Assembly: GCF_011386835.1 (NCBI RefSeq)
Contig: NC_088791.1
Location: 245,520,001 to 245,584,000 of the forward strand
Direction: 5' to 3'
Source of the DNA: Chrysemys picta bellii
Taxonomy: Eukaryota
Length of the DNA: 64,000 bases
Shown: positions 63,471 to 64,000 of the stretch, one piece after another
How positions within the stretch are numbered: position 1 is the stretch's first letter
Layout of the letters: each line of letters begins with the position of its first letter
Position numbers and translations under genes: made by a program
The notes under the pieces: generated by a model
Databases searched by the model: none
The model's input: the letters and a program-made list of their open reading frames with translations, nothing else
What the model was told of the DNA's origin: nothing

Positions 63471-64000
63471 ACAGTGATGGACTTGCCCACCTATTGTACA
63501 GACTTTACATGCACTCTGCCATCCACTGTTTGAAAGCAGCTGATGTACTCTTGCTGCCAGCCCTTAGCTTTGAGATATAGAGGACAGGCAGCAGTATTTC
63601 CAGGGGGGAGGCCTCAGCTCTAGCCCTAACTTCCTCTGTTGAGCCACTAAAGCCTGATGCAAAGCTGGCTTCTTTACCCACACATTTTCATGAGTTTGGA
63701 TTAGAGTGCTGTGTTTTCAAGCCTGGAGGGTGGCTAATCAGCAGGTGGCTGATGATTGTAGCTGCCTTTGGGAGAAAGTATTGTTTTATATTATAAATGT
63801 ATCCAGAGACTATGTGACAATGGTGCAACATAAATCGCTCTATAAGTAATAAAAATATGTAATTAGGCAACAAGACAGCAGATGAAATTTGACAGAGAAA
63901 AGTGCAAGGTAAATCATGTAGAAAGAAGCAATTTAAATTAACTGTACAAGGAGGTTTCTGCATTAACTGTGATCTCTCAGGTAAACAGACATAGAAGTCA

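Noticed and set aside
1-64000. tRNA, rRNA or tRNA-derived tortoise SINE; autonomous transposase or retroviral gag/pol/env
   Set aside because: No A/B-box tRNA fold, rRNA-like sequence or intact enzyme ORF was seen on either strand by eye; a tRNAscan/Infernal/HMMER run would be decisive.

Overview
Vertebrate genomic DNA. The repeat families (CR1 3' ends, Penelope pLTRs, hAT/Harbinger/Tigger-like MITEs, long TG..CA LTRs) match what I recall from turtle genomes; this is inference, not a database result. A CpG island at ~57.3-58.6 kb holds the promoter and a non-coding first exon of a minus-strand gene (CAG|GTGAGT donor at 57846). The region 1-57.8 kb therefore reads as its 5' introns, with several short candidate exons (43408-43606, 33929-33974, 29280-29327, 26360-26393). 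I could not name the gene, and no host CDS is confidently supported. Much of the window is transposable elements: solo LTRs with 4-5 bp TSDs, hAT MITEs with 8 bp TSDs, Harbinger-like MITEs with 3 bp TSDs, Tigger-like MITEs, CR1/L2/Vingi/Penelope fragments and several nested insertions. Most interesting: (i) a young 1348 bp LTR with an ETS/GC/TATA promoter, an acidic Pro/Trp-rich open frame, a splice donor, an 83 bp array and a duplicated 5' terminus, inserted ~35 nt from a host acceptor; (ii) a TSD-flanked Penelope fold-back whose inversion junction cuts a hammerhead-ribozyme-like core; (iii) a ~125 bp near-perfect inverted duplication of unique DNA; (iv) a MITE with A-B-A'-B' architecture; (v) inverted MITEs bracketing a 48 nt exon; (vi) a perfect RFX X-box plus CCAAT upstream of a candidate alternative exon. 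No CRISPR, tRNA or rRNA was seen. I found no clear evidence of a wholly new biological system.
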